A stretch of 32,000 nt of DNA from Candidatus Arthromitus sp. SFB-rat-Yit (GTDB lineage: Bacteria; Bacillota; Clostridia; Clostridiales; Clostridiaceae): contig NC_016012.1 in assembly GCF_000283555.1 (NCBI RefSeq), positions 1 through 32,000 of the forward strand, read 5' to 3'. The notes under the pieces were generated by a model. It was given only the letters and a program-made list of their open reading frames with translations, searched no databases and was not told the origin of the DNA. Below, piece by piece: positions 12,626 to 23,477 of this stretch (position 1 is the first letter of the stretch; each line of letters opens with the position of its first letter). The position numbers and the translations under genes are program-made.

Positions 12626-12753
12626 GGTATTTTTAAGAAAGATTTTTGGAGTATTAAATTTATATATTTTTATAAAATGAATGTCTTTATGTAATGTTTT
12701 CATATAGGCATTTTATTTTTAACTTAAATTATATTAAATTGGGAGAGTAAGGT

Positions 12754-15700
12754 TTGAAGTTTAAATTTATATTTGGGAAAAAAGGGTATGGAAAGAGTGA
12801 GTACATATTAAATGAAATAAAGAATATTAATGATCGTAAAATTTTAATTATAGTACCTAGTCATAATACGTTTATGATGGAGAATAGGGTTCTTGAATAT
12901 TTAGGGGAGAGTGCATTATCAAAAATTGAGATAATGGATTTTAAGAAACTTACTTTTAAGTTATTAAATATTTTTAAAGCAAAAACAAAAAATAAGATAA
13001 CAAACATAGGAAAGTATTTATTAGTTAATTATTTAATCAGAAATAATTATAATCAATTTCTATATTTTAAGAAAAATAATAGCACCAATTTGTCAGATGA
13101 AATATTATCGATATTAGTAGATTTTAAAAATTTTAATATAGATAAGAATTCTATTAATGATATATTAAATAATTTGAATTCTGATATGGAACTATATAAA
13201 AAAATTAGGGATTTAGATTACATAAATGATTTATATAATGATTATTTAGATAAGAATTATTTGGATTCATTGGATGATATGAAGATAGTAAATGAGATAA
13301 TAAAGGAAAGTGATGAGTTATTTAATTATTATGATATTTACATAGATGGATTTGATATATTTACATATTATCAATATGAATTTTTAAAGATAATTATGGA
13401 TAGATCAAATAAAATAACTATTTCTCTTACATTAGATAAGTTTTCAAATAGTATTATTTACAATGAAATTTTTAAAATAAAGAATAGAATTCGTGAATTG
13501 CTTTTTGATAAAAATTGTTCTGATTATGAAGAAGTGTATTTAATAGATATAGATAAGAGTGAGGATCTTAAATATTTAGATAGAAATTATTTGAAATATG
13601 ATGCTAAGGCTTATGATTATGAGGTTCGGAGTATATTTTTAAATAAATCACTTGATAATTTTTATGAGGTAGAAGAGCTTTGTAAAAAAATTAGATCTCT
13701 AGTTATAAATAAAGGATATAGATATAAAGAAATAGGTGTTGTATGTAGGGATATTGATTCATACGAGAATTTTATAAGAGTTTCTTTTGATGAATTTAAT
13801 ATTCCATATTTTATAGATAAAAAAAATGAGATAACATCAAACGTATTTAGTATTTTTTTGTTTTCTATATTTGAGATTTTTGAGAATAATTTTTCAAATA
13901 ATGCTTTGTTTACATATATAAAGAGTGGTCTTTTAGATTTAAATGATGAGGAGATATTTTTAATAGAAAACTTTGTTCAAGAAAATGGAATATCAAAATA
14001 TAAATGGAAATCTGATTTTATAGATGAAGATTGTGTAAGATATAGAATAGAAGATATGAATAAAGATCACATAGATATAAGTGATATAAATAATATACGA
14101 AAAAAAATTATAAATCCATTAATGAGTTTATTTAATAAAGTTAAGGATAAAAATAGTGTGAACTATTTTATTAAAGAATTTTATGGATTTTTAAAAGAGT
14201 TTGGCTTTTTAGATAAAGTATCACTTATATGTGAAACATTAAAATCAAGAAATGATTTTATTAATGCTAATGAATTAATTCAAATTGTAAATAATGTATT
14301 TGATATTTTAGATGAGATAAATGATATATTTAGAAATGAGGAAATGAGTTTTTCTGAATTTATGAATATATTAATAAATAGCATATCTAAGATTGAAATA
14401 TCTCATGTTCCTATGCGTATGGATGAAATACTTATAGGTGATATTGAAAGATTAAAGATAGGTAATTATAAAGTGCTATTTGTTATAGGGTGTAATTCCA
14501 TAAATTTTCCGAAGAGTTATAAAAAAGAGGATTTAATAAATGATTTAGAAAAAGATTACATAAAAAATTTGGGATTTGAATTTTCAATTACAAATATGGA
14601 GAAGAACTTATCTGAAAATTATTATATATATTCTCTTTTGAATATACCTAAAGATAAAATTTATATCAGTTATTCTATATCAAGCATAGATGGAACATCT
14701 ATGACTCCATCAATTTTGATATCTAAGATTAAAAAGATATTTCCCAAAATAATTGAGGAAAATACGACGATCATAAAAAATGATTTTTCATTAGATAAAA
14801 TGTATTCTATGAATAGTACATTATCTATTTTTATATCAGATTTTAAAAATTGTATTTCAAATGGTAAATTATCTAATATTCAGAGGGATTTATATAATTT
14901 TTATATAAATAATGAGGAATTTAAGTACTTTTTACGGTTTTTTTTGATGAGAATAAGAGGGGAAAATTATAATGATTTACTTGATTTGGATATATTGCAT
15001 CATATATATAAAAATTCAAAATTTTCTATATCATCTATAGAAGTTTATTCTAAGTGTCCATTTAAGTATTTTTTAGATTATATAATAAAAATTAAAACAA
15101 AAAGGTTATTTTCATTTGAAACTTATGATTATGGAAATATAGTTCATTTTTTAATGGAAAATATATGTAAAAACATAATTAAATCTTGTGATTTTTCAAA
15201 TTTATCCAAAGATGAAATTGATAAATTTATAGTTGAATATTTTAACAATGTAATTTTTTCTAATAAAAATAAGAGTTATATTTTAAATAACAATTTTAAA
15301 TTTAAAGCTTTTGCACAAAAAATAAGAAAAATTGTAAGTGATGCTGTATTTTTTACGGGTAGGCATTTAAGTAATACAGAGTTTTTTCATAAGTATTATG
15401 AATTTGAATTTGGAAAAACCAATTCTAAAATAGAATTGGTTTTAAATGATGGAAGAAAAGCTTCATTCGTTGGGAAAATTGATCGTATTGATTTTTGCAA
15501 GAGTAATAATGAGGTATTTATAAATATTATCGATTATAAATCAAGTATTTATGATATAGATTATGGAAAGATATATAATAATTTAAATATACAAACAATT
15601 GCATATATGAATTGTATTATAAGGCTATATAGGGAAAATTATAATATTAATTTAAGTCCGTGTGCTATTTTTTATTTTACTATAAGTAAGCCTGTTATAA

Positions 15701-16134
15701 AAAATAAGAAGGGTATAGATTTAATAAAAGAGATTGGGAAGTATTATAGGTATAGTGGTTTTTTAATTGATGATATTGAAAAAATTAATCTTATTGATAG
15801 GAATGTTTTGAATGGAAATGGGAGCATTGTATCTGTAAAAATAAATAAGAATGGGGAAATAGCTAAGCATAATTCTTCAGATAGTATTTTAACTGAAAAT
15901 GAATTTAATGATATGTTGGAATTTGTGCATAATTCTATTAAAGATAAGATCTTGAAAATTTATGATGGAAATATAGAAGTATGCCCTGTATTAGATGATA
16001 TGGAGCAATCTAAGTGTAGTTATTGTAATTATATTGGAATATGTAAGTTTACAAAACATGAAAATAAATTTAAGATTGTTAATGAATTAGATAAAAGTTC
16101 ATTTTTAAATTTAATACGAAAGGGAAGTAATTAG
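12754..16134 (+). CDS. addB: ATP-dependent helicase/nuclease AddAB, subunit B
   Basis: 1126 aa, TTG start after GGGAGAG. N-terminal Walker A GKKGYGKSE. C-terminal RecB-type nuclease (IIDYKSS) flanked by Fe-S cluster cysteines (SKCPFKYF ... CSYCNYIGIC). Overlaps addA by 1 nt. Confidence 0.9.
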   Translation: MKFKFIFGKKGYGKSEYILNEIKNINDRKILIIVPSHNTFMMENRVLEYLGESALSKIEIMDFKKLTFKLLNIFKAKTKNKITNIGKYLLVNYLIRNNYNQFLYFKKNNSTNLSDEILSILVDFKNFNIDKNSINDILNNLNSDMELYKKIRDLDYINDLYNDYLDKNYLDSLDDMKIVNEIIKESDELFNYYDIYIDGFDIFTYYQYEFLKIIMDRSNKITISLTLDKFSNSIIYNEIFKIKNRIRELLFDKNCSDYEEVYLIDIDKSEDLKYLDRNYLKYDAKAYDYEVRSIFLNKSLDNFYEVEELCKKIRSLVINKGYRYKEIGVVCRDIDSYENFIRVSFDEFNIPYFIDKKNEITSNVFSIFLFSIFEIFENNFSNNALFTYIKSGLLDLNDEEIFLIENFVQENGISKYKWKSDFIDEDCVRYRIEDMNKDHIDISDINNIRKKIINPLMSLFNKVKDKNSVNYFIKEFYGFLKEFGFLDKVSLICETLKSRNDFINANELIQIVNNVFDILDEINDIFRNEEMSFSEFMNILINSISKIEISHVPMRMDEILIGDIERLKIGNYKVLFVIGCNSINFPKSYKKEDLINDLEKDYIKNLGFEFSITNMEKNLSENYYIYSLLNIPKDKIYISYSISSIDGTSMTPSILISKIKKIFPKIIEENTTIIKNDFSLDKMYSMNSTLSIFISDFKNCISNGKLSNIQRDLYNFYINNEEFKYFLRFFLMRIRGENYNDLLDLDILHHIYKNSKFSISSIEVYSKCPFKYFLDYIIKIKTKRLFSFETYDYGNIVHFLMENICKNIIKSCDFSNLSKDEIDKFIVEYFNNVIFSNKNKSYILNNNFKFKAFAQKIRKIVSDAVFFTGRHLSNTEFFHKYYEFEFGKTNSKIELVLNDGRKASFVGKIDRIDFCKSNNEVFINIIDYKSSIYDIDYGKIYNNLNIQTIAYMNCIIRLYRENYNINLSPCAIFYFTISKPVIKNKKGIDLIKEIGKYYRYSGFLIDDIEKINLIDRNVLNGNGSIVSVKINKNGEIAKHNSSDSILTENEFNDMLEFVHNSIKDKILKIYDGNIEVCPVLDDMEQSKCSYCNYIGICKFTKHENKFKIVNELDKSSFLNLIRKGSN

Positions 16135-19100
16135 TGAATTTTAGTAAAAATCAGAAAAATGTTATTGAGTTAATTAATGGAGATTTGCTCGTGGCAGCAT
16201 CAGCAGGATCAGGTAAAACAGCGGTTTTAGTTCAAAGGATAATAAATTTAATATTAAATTACAATGTATCTATGAATGAAATTTTAGTAATTACATTTAC
16301 AAATGCTGCAGCAGCTGAAATGAAGGATAGGATTGTAAAAGCTTTAGAAGAGAGTATAAATGATGAAAATAAATACATATTAGAAGCACAACTAATGATG
16401 ATAAATAATTGTAATATTCAAACTTTTCACTCTTTTTGTTTAGATATTTTAAAAAATAATTATTACAAATTAAATTTGGGGTCAAATTTTAAAATAGTTA
16501 AAGATAGTCAAAGAAAGATGATGATCGAAAATGCACTTGATGATACATTTGATTTTTATTATGAAAATGAGGACAAGGAGTTTTTAAATATTGTAAATAT
16601 ATATGGTGGAAAATATTCAGACTCAAAACTTAGAGAGATAATTATATCTATTTATAAATTTATACAAAATATGGTTGATTGTGATGAATTTATTAAAAGA
16701 AGTATAAGCGTGTATGAACTAAAAAATAATGAAGATGTATTTTCAAGTGAAATAGGTAAGGTGCTACGTTCAAGGTTAATAGAAAAAAGTATATTTTATA
16801 AAGAACAATTAAGCGATTTTATGATAGGAATACCGAGTGATGAAAAAATTTATAACGTTATAGAGAATGATATATCTATAATTGATTCACTTTTAGATAA
16901 AATAAATTCTTGCTATGAAGATGTATACAATTATATTCATAATATTAAATTTTTGAGACTTCCTAAATTAAGTGAGTATTATAAGGAAATAAGGGGAGGA
17001 TTAAAAGATTTTATAGAGTCATTAAAGAAAAGTATATTTATTGTGGATGAGGATGCTTTAAAATTACAAATAAGTGATGTGAAAAATATAGTCATCAAGT
17101 TATTTGAAGTTGTGTGTGATTTTAGGGATAAGTTTTTATCTAAAAAATTATCTAAAGATTTTATAGATTTCAATGATATGGAGCATTTAACGATTAAACT
17201 TTTAAATGACTCAACTATATGTAATTATTATAAAAATAAATTTAAGTATATTTTTATAGATGAATATCAAGATACGAATTACATACAAGAATACATAATT
17301 AATAAAATAAAAAGTGATCATAATGTATTTATGGTAGGAGATATCAAGCAAAGTATTTATGGATTTAGGGGTGCAAAGGTAGATTTGTTTAATAAAAAAT
17401 ATACTAATTTCAAAAAGGTAGATGATATAACTTATATAGATACAAATGAAAACAAGATATTATTGTATGATAATTATAGAAGTAGGAATGAAGTAATTAA
17501 TTTTATTAATTTTATATTTAAAAATATTATGGTAAAAGGTATAAGCAATATAGAGTATACACCTGAGGAGTACCTAAATTGTTCGAGTAATTATGAAACT
17601 ATAAAAAATGAGAATGAAAATTTTGAAGGAGAGGTTACTCTTTCAATTATAGTAAATGATGATGAAGATTCAGAAAAAAATGTAGAAGCAGATGAGATAG
17701 AGTGCAATTTAATTATTGATTATATAAATAAGCTTATTAATTCTGAAGATAAGGTATATAAAATTTATGATAAAAACATTAATACATATAGAAAAGTTGA
17801 GTATAGAGATATTGTAATTTTGATAAGGAATATAAATGGTTCTTATATATCAAAATTATTACATGAAAAGCTTAAGGAATGTGATATACCTTCATATTTT
17901 GATGGAGGAAGTCAATTTTTTGATCGTATTGAAGTGATAACAGTAATGAGTTTACTTAAAATCATTAATAATCCAATTGATGATGTTGATATACTTACAG
18001 TTCTTAAGAGTGAGATATTTAATTTTTCAAATAATGATTTGGTTTATATAAGGTATATAAATAATAACGATTATTTATATAACAATATTAAATATATTTT
18101 AAGTTTAAATTTTGGACATGAAGATAAGGTGTTTTTAAATGATGGATTTTCAATAACTTATGATAAATTTAAAACTCTTTATGATAAGTGTATGTTTTTT
18201 TTAAACAAGATAAATGAATATAGAGAGAAGTCTTTGTTTATGAAAATTGATGAGTTTATTTGGTTTATATATAAAGATAGCAAGTATTATTTTTTGTTAT
18301 CTAGTATGGAAGATGGATTAGATAAGCAAGCTAATTTAAGAATTATATTTAATAAAGCAAAAGAATTTAGATCATCAAGCTTTTCTGGATTATTTAATTT
18401 TATAGAGTATTTGAATTATTCAAATAAGGTTGGGGATGATACGCTTGTTCCTAAAAATATATCTGAAAATGAGAATGTTGTACGTATAATGAGTGTTCAT
18501 AAAAGTAAGGGACTTGAATTTCCTATTGTAATACTTTGTAATACATCAGGGAGGTTTAATTTTAAAGATTTAATGTCATCTATGATATTGCATGATGATT
18601 TTGGAATTGGATTAAATCATATGGATTATAATTTGAATTTAGAAACAGAATTATTTATGAAAAATATCATGAAAGAAGATCATAAATACAAAATTATTTC
18701 AGAAGAACTTAGAATATTGTATGTAGCTTTGACAAGAGCTAAGGAAAAATTATTTATAACAGGTACATATAATTCAGATAAGGATTTTAAAAGGGTAGAG
18801 GATATTCATAAATGCAGGAGTTATTTGGATTTTTTGTGCAATTCACTTATGAAACATAAAGATGGAGAGGTTATTTTAAATTATCCTTGTAATGTATTAT
18901 CTTATAACGATTTAAATGAGAGGAAATTTAAAATTAATATATACAATAGAACAAACTTTACTAAGCACAAGAAGAATGAAAATGTAGATAAAAATATAAA
19001 ATTAGAGGATATTATAAATGAGGATTCATCTAGTTATGATTACATAAATGATATTTTTAATTTTAAGTATGATTATGATGATGCAATTAATATGCCAATT

Positions 19101-19718
19101 AATTTATCTGTATCTGAGATATTATCATATGATGAGGAAGGGCGATTGAATATAAATTTTAAGGTTCCTAAATTTATTGATGATATCAAGAATGAAGAGG
19201 TATATACATCTTTGGACATAGGAAATTTATATCATTTTTTTATGCAAAACATATCTTTAAAATCAAATATAGATTATGAGTATTTAGAGAGTGAAGTAAA
19301 TCGTATGCTTGATTCTGAAATGATTTCTTTTGAAGATGTTAAGTATTTAAATATACATAAAGTATTGAAATTTTTTGAAAGTAATTTGGGAAAAAGAGTT
19401 ATAGAGTGTTTTAATAAAAATAGAGAAAATGTTTATAGAGAATTTGAATTTTTGATGAATCATAGGATAGATAAAATAAATGAAAATAATGATTTAAGAA
19501 TTCAAGGCATAATTGATTTGTTTTTCTTTGATGGGGATAAAATAGTTTTAGTTGATTATAAAACAGATAAAAATATATTTAATGATAACAAAGTTATTCC
19601 AAATAGATATAAGGAACAACTTTATTATTATAAAATTGCACTTAATAAAATATTTAATGTAGATGTTTCTGAAAGTTATATTTATTCTTTTGAGAACAAT
19701 AAGGCTTTCAAGGTTTAA
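16134..19718 (+). CDS. addA: ATP-dependent helicase/nuclease AddAB, subunit A
   Basis: 1194 aa, GTG start. UvrD/Rep SF1 motifs (AASAGSGKTAVL, IFIDEYQDTN, VGDIKQSIYGFRGA, SVHKSKGLEFP, LYVALTRAKEKL) and C-terminal nuclease IDLFF...LVDYKTDK. Confidence 0.92.
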   Translation: MNFSKNQKNVIELINGDLLVAASAGSGKTAVLVQRIINLILNYNVSMNEILVITFTNAAAAEMKDRIVKALEESINDENKYILEAQLMMINNCNIQTFHSFCLDILKNNYYKLNLGSNFKIVKDSQRKMMIENALDDTFDFYYENEDKEFLNIVNIYGGKYSDSKLREIIISIYKFIQNMVDCDEFIKRSISVYELKNNEDVFSSEIGKVLRSRLIEKSIFYKEQLSDFMIGIPSDEKIYNVIENDISIIDSLLDKINSCYEDVYNYIHNIKFLRLPKLSEYYKEIRGGLKDFIESLKKSIFIVDEDALKLQISDVKNIVIKLFEVVCDFRDKFLSKKLSKDFIDFNDMEHLTIKLLNDSTICNYYKNKFKYIFIDEYQDTNYIQEYIINKIKSDHNVFMVGDIKQSIYGFRGAKVDLFNKKYTNFKKVDDITYIDTNENKILLYDNYRSRNEVINFINFIFKNIMVKGISNIEYTPEEYLNCSSNYETIKNENENFEGEVTLSIIVNDDEDSEKNVEADEIECNLIIDYINKLINSEDKVYKIYDKNINTYRKVEYRDIVILIRNINGSYISKLLHEKLKECDIPSYFDGGSQFFDRIEVITVMSLLKIINNPIDDVDILTVLKSEIFNFSNNDLVYIRYINNNDYLYNNIKYILSLNFGHEDKVFLNDGFSITYDKFKTLYDKCMFFLNKINEYREKSLFMKIDEFIWFIYKDSKYYFLLSSMEDGLDKQANLRIIFNKAKEFRSSSFSGLFNFIEYLNYSNKVGDDTLVPKNISENENVVRIMSVHKSKGLEFPIVILCNTSGRFNFKDLMSSMILHDDFGIGLNHMDYNLNLETELFMKNIMKEDHKYKIISEELRILYVALTRAKEKLFITGTYNSDKDFKRVEDIHKCRSYLDFLCNSLMKHKDGEVILNYPCNVLSYNDLNERKFKINIYNRTNFTKHKKNENVDKNIKLEDIINEDSSSYDYINDIFNFKYDYDDAINMPINLSVSEILSYDEEGRLNINFKVPKFIDDIKNEEVYTSLDIGNLYHFFMQNISLKSNIDYEYLESEVNRMLDSEMISFEDVKYLNIHKVLKFFESNLGKRVIECFNKNRENVYREFEFLMNHRIDKINENNDLRIQGIIDLFFFDGDKIVLVDYKTDKNIFNDNKVIPNRYKEQLYYYKIALNKIFNVDVSESYIYSFENNKAFKV

Positions 19719-20880
19719 AATTGTTTATTAAATGTTTTAGAGTTTTATATTTATTTAAGCTTGGTTTAATATGAAGAAGTGTTATTAGGTAGTTATTGTA
19801 CTTAATAACATCTTTTTTGTTTTTTACAAAGTTTTGGGTATTTATAGCTATATGTTTAAATTTTAATGGTTCATATCCCCAAAGTAATTTATAGAATTTT
19901 TTGGATATATTTTTATCTATGTAGTTAGATAGAATGAGGATTATGTTTAGAGATGTTTTGTAACTTTCTTTTTGAACCATTTTTTTGATAAAGATTTTAT
20001 CGTTTTTAAAAATTTTTATATAGCTGTGTATTTTTTTTACCTCATTTAAGTTCTTTTTGTTTATGGTAAAATTATTTTTTAACACATGAAATATAAGATT
20101 ATCTTGTATATTTGAATGAAAGTACAATATACAAAATAATTTTATATGAAAATCATTTAATGAAGATATTAATGAGTATATATCAAATAATTTTATATTT
20201 TCATTTATAATAAGTGAGAAGAAATTAAGTGAGTTAAGTAAGTGAATAGATTTTATAAAGTTTGAATCATTTAATATTTTTTTAAATTCTTCAAGTATTT
20301 TCTGATTAGATAATTTTGTAATTAGGTTAAAGTCATGTTTAAGAGCAAGTAGAGTTTTAAATTCTATATTAAAATTTAGTTTTGATTTAAATCTAATGCA
20401 CCTTAGCATTCTTAGAGGATCTTCTTTAAACCTTACATTATGATCCCCAATTAATCTAATTAGTTTATTTTTTATGTCATGTATTCCAGAATTTGGATCT
20501 ATTAGTTTATTTCCATCATAGTAAATTGAATTGATTGTAAAATCACGCCTTAATGAATCAATTTGAGGAGAGTCTATAAATTCTATATGATTTGCATGCC
20601 TAAAATCCAAATAATCTTTTTCAATTCTAAGTGTTGTTATTTCAAACCAATCTCCTTTAAAGTAAATTTTTATACATCCAAATCGTTCCCCTATATCTAT
20701 ATGTTTTTTAAATATTGATTTTATATGTTTTGGGTGGGCATTTGTGCATAAATCAACTTCACAAACTTTTATATTTACTAAATAATTTCTTATAGCACCC
20801 CCTACAACGTAACATTTAAAATTATTTTTACTAAATATATTAATTAGTTCCTTTACTTTGTAATTAAAAAATTTTTTCAT
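19708..20880 (-). CDS. cca: tRNA nucleotidyltransferase (CCA-adding) / poly(A) polymerase family protein
   Basis: 390 aa. GGAIRN glycine motif, DLCT, RRDFTINS, EDPLRMLRCIRF. The 3' end converges on and overlaps addA by 11 nt. Confidence 0.8.
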   Translation of the reverse strand: MKKFFNYKVKELINIFSKNNFKCYVVGGAIRNYLVNIKVCEVDLCTNAHPKHIKSIFKKHIDIGERFGCIKIYFKGDWFEITTLRIEKDYLDFRHANHIEFIDSPQIDSLRRDFTINSIYYDGNKLIDPNSGIHDIKNKLIRLIGDHNVRFKEDPLRMLRCIRFKSKLNFNIEFKTLLALKHDFNLITKLSNQKILEEFKKILNDSNFIKSIHLLNSLNFFSLIINENIKLFDIYSLISSLNDFHIKLFCILYFHSNIQDNLIFHVLKNNFTINKKNLNEVKKIHSYIKIFKNDKIFIKKMVQKESYKTSLNIILILSNYIDKNISKKFYKLLWGYEPLKFKHIAINTQNFVKNKKDVIKYNNYLITLLHIKPSLNKYKTLKHLINNFKP

Positions 20881-20962
20881 AATATTATATTAATTTTTAA
20901 AACCTTCCATTTTTATATAAAATACTTTAATATAATAATATTATAAAAAATCGAGGTGTTAA

Positions 20963-21931
20963 ATGAAAGATCATATAAATATAAAGGATTTTAAATTAGG
21001 GCAGAGAATTCAGGGAGTATACCTTATTAGAAGTATAAATGTAAAACTTACAAATTCTAGTAACAAAAAGTATTTAGATATTAATTTTTCAGATAAAACA
21101 GGGAATATTAATGCTAAACTTTGGGATTTGAAAGATGATTATAATAATGAATTTAAAGAAAATAGTTTAGTTAGAGTAAAAGGATGTGTTTTAAGTTGGC
21201 AAGGTGTTATGCAACTTAAAATTGAGAATTTATCAAATGATTTTGAAAGAGAAGATGTGAATATTGATGACTATGTACAATGTGCTCCTATGGATTCAAA
21301 CTATATGTTTGATGAACTTTATAATTTAATATCTTTATTTAAACAAAAGGAAATAAAACTTGTTTTATTATCCGTACTCGATATAAAAAAGGATAAACTT
21401 TTATATTATCCAGCAGCTAAAAGTAATCATCATTCAATAAAAGGAGGACTTTTATATCACATATTAAGTATGATAAAACTCGGTGAGGGTATGTGCTCAC
21501 TTTATCCTTTTGTTAACAAAGAGTTATTGTTTGCAGGAATAGTACTTCATGATATTGAAAAAACTGAGGAGATGGATTCAAATGAATTAGGAATAGTTAG
21601 TACATATACAGCAGAGGGTCAAATGCTTTCACATTTAATACAGGGAATAACACTTGTAGATAGGGTTTGTAATAATTTAAATATATCTAGTGAGGTTAGA
21701 ATGTTACTTCAGCATATGATATTGTCACATCATTATGAACCTGAATATGGAAGTCCTATAAAACCTATGATAATTGAAGCAGAACTTTTGCATTATATAG
21801 ATGTCATAGATGCAAGGATGTATGATATGAAAAAGATTATAGATAATATAAATGAGGGAGATTTTTCAGATAGGATATTCTCTTTAAATAGTCGGAGGAT
21901 ATATAAACCTAGGAAATTATTAGAGGAGTAG
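20963..21931 (+). CDS. yhaM: 3'-5' exoribonuclease YhaM (OB-fold plus HD domain)
   Basis: 322 aa, collinear by eye with B. subtilis YhaM: AKLWD, NIDDY, YPAAKSNHH, GGLLYH, VLHDIEK, LSHHYEPEYGSP, EAELLHYID. Confidence 0.82.
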   Translation: MKDHINIKDFKLGQRIQGVYLIRSINVKLTNSSNKKYLDINFSDKTGNINAKLWDLKDDYNNEFKENSLVRVKGCVLSWQGVMQLKIENLSNDFEREDVNIDDYVQCAPMDSNYMFDELYNLISLFKQKEIKLVLLSVLDIKKDKLLYYPAAKSNHHSIKGGLLYHILSMIKLGEGMCSLYPFVNKELLFAGIVLHDIEKTEEMDSNELGIVSTYTAEGQMLSHLIQGITLVDRVCNNLNISSEVRMLLQHMILSHHYEPEYGSPIKPMIIEAELLHYIDVIDARMYDMKKIIDNINEGDFSDRIFSLNSRRIYKPRKLLEE

Positions 21932-21934
21932 ATT

Positions 21935-22774
21935 ATGAAAAAAGAAGATAGTTTTTTAAGTACTCTGTATATTTCTACGTTTGATTTTAAGAAGTATACA
22001 GTATTTTTGGGTATGAAACCTTCTAAAGTGGTTTTAAATAGAATTATATTTGTGTTATGCATAAGCATATTTTATTTTATATCTTTTCATAAAAATATAA
22101 AGCAGGTTGAGGAATTTAATGCAACTAAGCAATCGATATTTGAGGATATTAGTTATGCAAATGGAAGTTTAAATATAAAAAATTCGCCTGTGACTTTTAA
22201 ATCAAGTGTATTTAAGGATAATAGTTTTCTTTTAGTTGGGGATACAAGAGATGAATTTAATATAAATAATGTTAGTGATTATAGTTATCATAGGGATGCT
22301 ATAGTTTTAACAAAAGATTATATGATAGTTAAAAGCAGACTTCGAGAAACTACATTTAAATATTCAGACTTTGAAGCGTTAGGTATAATACCAAAAGATA
22401 TGGCTATAAATAAAGATATGTTTTTTAGTTTGATTGATATTGGAACAAAAATCTTAAAGTATATATCATACGTAATTTTTCCTCTAAGTAAGATTTTTGA
22501 TTATTTTTTGTATGGATTTATTATTTCATTATTTGCGTTTTTATGTGGATATATAATAAGGTTTAGAGCAAGTTTTGGAAGTATTTATAAAATGATTTTA
22601 TTTGCCCAAACACTACCTTATTTGATTATTTCTATCTTTGATATAATTAGTGAAATAAATGGAATTAAAGTTATATTTCCACTACATATTTTAGAGATAT
22701 TAACTTTGTTTATATTTTTAAGGAGTACATACTTAATAAAGAAAGATGCTTTAACAAAGTATCTCAAAAAATAA
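21935..22774 (+). CDS. Polytopic membrane protein, DUF1189-like (tentative)
   Basis: 279 aa, starts 4 nt after yhaM. One N-terminal and several C-terminal hydrophobic segments. The family call is from overall architecture only. Confidence 0.5.
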   Translation: MKKEDSFLSTLYISTFDFKKYTVFLGMKPSKVVLNRIIFVLCISIFYFISFHKNIKQVEEFNATKQSIFEDISYANGSLNIKNSPVTFKSSVFKDNSFLLVGDTRDEFNINNVSDYSYHRDAIVLTKDYMIVKSRLRETTFKYSDFEALGIIPKDMAINKDMFFSLIDIGTKILKYISYVIFPLSKIFDYFLYGFIISLFAFLCGYIIRFRASFGSIYKMILFAQTLPYLIISIFDIISEINGIKVIFPLHILEILTLFIFLRSTYLIKKDALTKYLKK

Positions 22775-22789
22775 TAATAAATAATTTAA

Positions 22790-22818
22790 TTGAAAAACAT
22801 AATAAGTTTTGATATAAT
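22790..22818 (+). promoter_or_regulatory. Sigma-70-type promoter for tRNA-Arg
   Basis: TTGAAA (22790-22795), 17-nt spacer ending in TG, TATAAT (22813-22818), 11 nt before the tRNA. Confidence 0.55.
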
Positions 22819-22829
22819 CAAATTATTGT

Positions 22830-22906
22830 GCACAGGTAGCTCAGTTGGATAGAGTAGCTGGCTACGAACCAGTTGGTCGGGGGTTCGAATCCTCTCCTGT
22901 GTGCCA
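22830..22906 (+). tRNA. tRNA-Arg (anticodon ACG)
   Basis: 77 nt. Acceptor GCACAGG/CCTGTGT (G1:U72 wobble), anticodon arm GCTGG-CTACGAA-CCAGT, T-loop TTCGAAT, encoded CCA. Confidence 0.9.
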
Positions 22907-22912
22907 TAGTAT

Positions 22913-22955
22913 ACCATCTATTGATGAAGTTATTTTATCAGTAGGTGGTTTTTTA
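22913..22955 (+). terminator. Rho-independent terminator after tRNA-Arg
   Basis: 13-bp stem with two G:U pairs (ACCATCTATTGAT / ATCAGTAGGTGGT), followed by T5. Confidence 0.6.
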
Positions 22956-23051
22956 ATATATAAATGTTAAGGAGATATTTAAATTGTCAAAATGATAGCT
23001 CAGAAAATATAGTATTAAAATTATATTTTAAAATTTTAGGAGGATAAAATT

Positions 23052-23477
23052 ATGGTAAAACCTTTTATAACGTTTAAAGGAAATGCAAATGAGGCTATTA
23101 ACTTCTATGAGGAGGTATTTAATGGCACAGATAAGAAGGTAATGTATTACGGAGATATGCCAAGTGATCCTGAGTTTAAAATAGATGAGAATAAAAAGAA
23201 TTGGGTGCTTCATGGAACGCTTAATATTTGTGGATCAGAGATTATGTTTTCTGATACAGATGAGAGTTTACATAATGAAAATACTTTTAACCCTTCTTGT
23301 ATGATTTCTATTGCTGTTGATTTTAAAAGTGAAGATGAGATACGTTCAGCTTATGAAAAGCTTAAAGAGGGTGGATATGTTATGATGGAGCTTTCTCCTC
23401 AATTTTTTGCAGGACTCTATGCTTGGGTTTCTGACAAATTTGGGGTAACTTGGCAAATGACATATAGTACTCATTAA
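23052..23477 (+). CDS. VOC-family / PhnB-like (glyoxalase fold) protein
   Basis: 141 aa, RBS AGGAGG. PFITFKGNANEAINFYEEVF ... FGVTWQ is characteristic of the PhnB-like / 3-demethylubiquinone methyltransferase-domain family. G+C is intermediate (~1/3 by hand count). Confidence 0.78.
   Translation: MVKPFITFKGNANEAINFYEEVFNGTDKKVMYYGDMPSDPEFKIDENKKNWVLHGTLNICGSEIMFSDTDESLHNENTFNPSCMISIAVDFKSEDEIRSAYEKLKEGGYVMMELSPQFFAGLYAWVSDKFGVTWQMTYSTH

Noticed and set aside
12506-12703. 65-aa minus-strand ORF
   Set aside because: It overlaps tRNA-Ser(GCT) and its terminator, so it is an artefact of the tRNA sequence.
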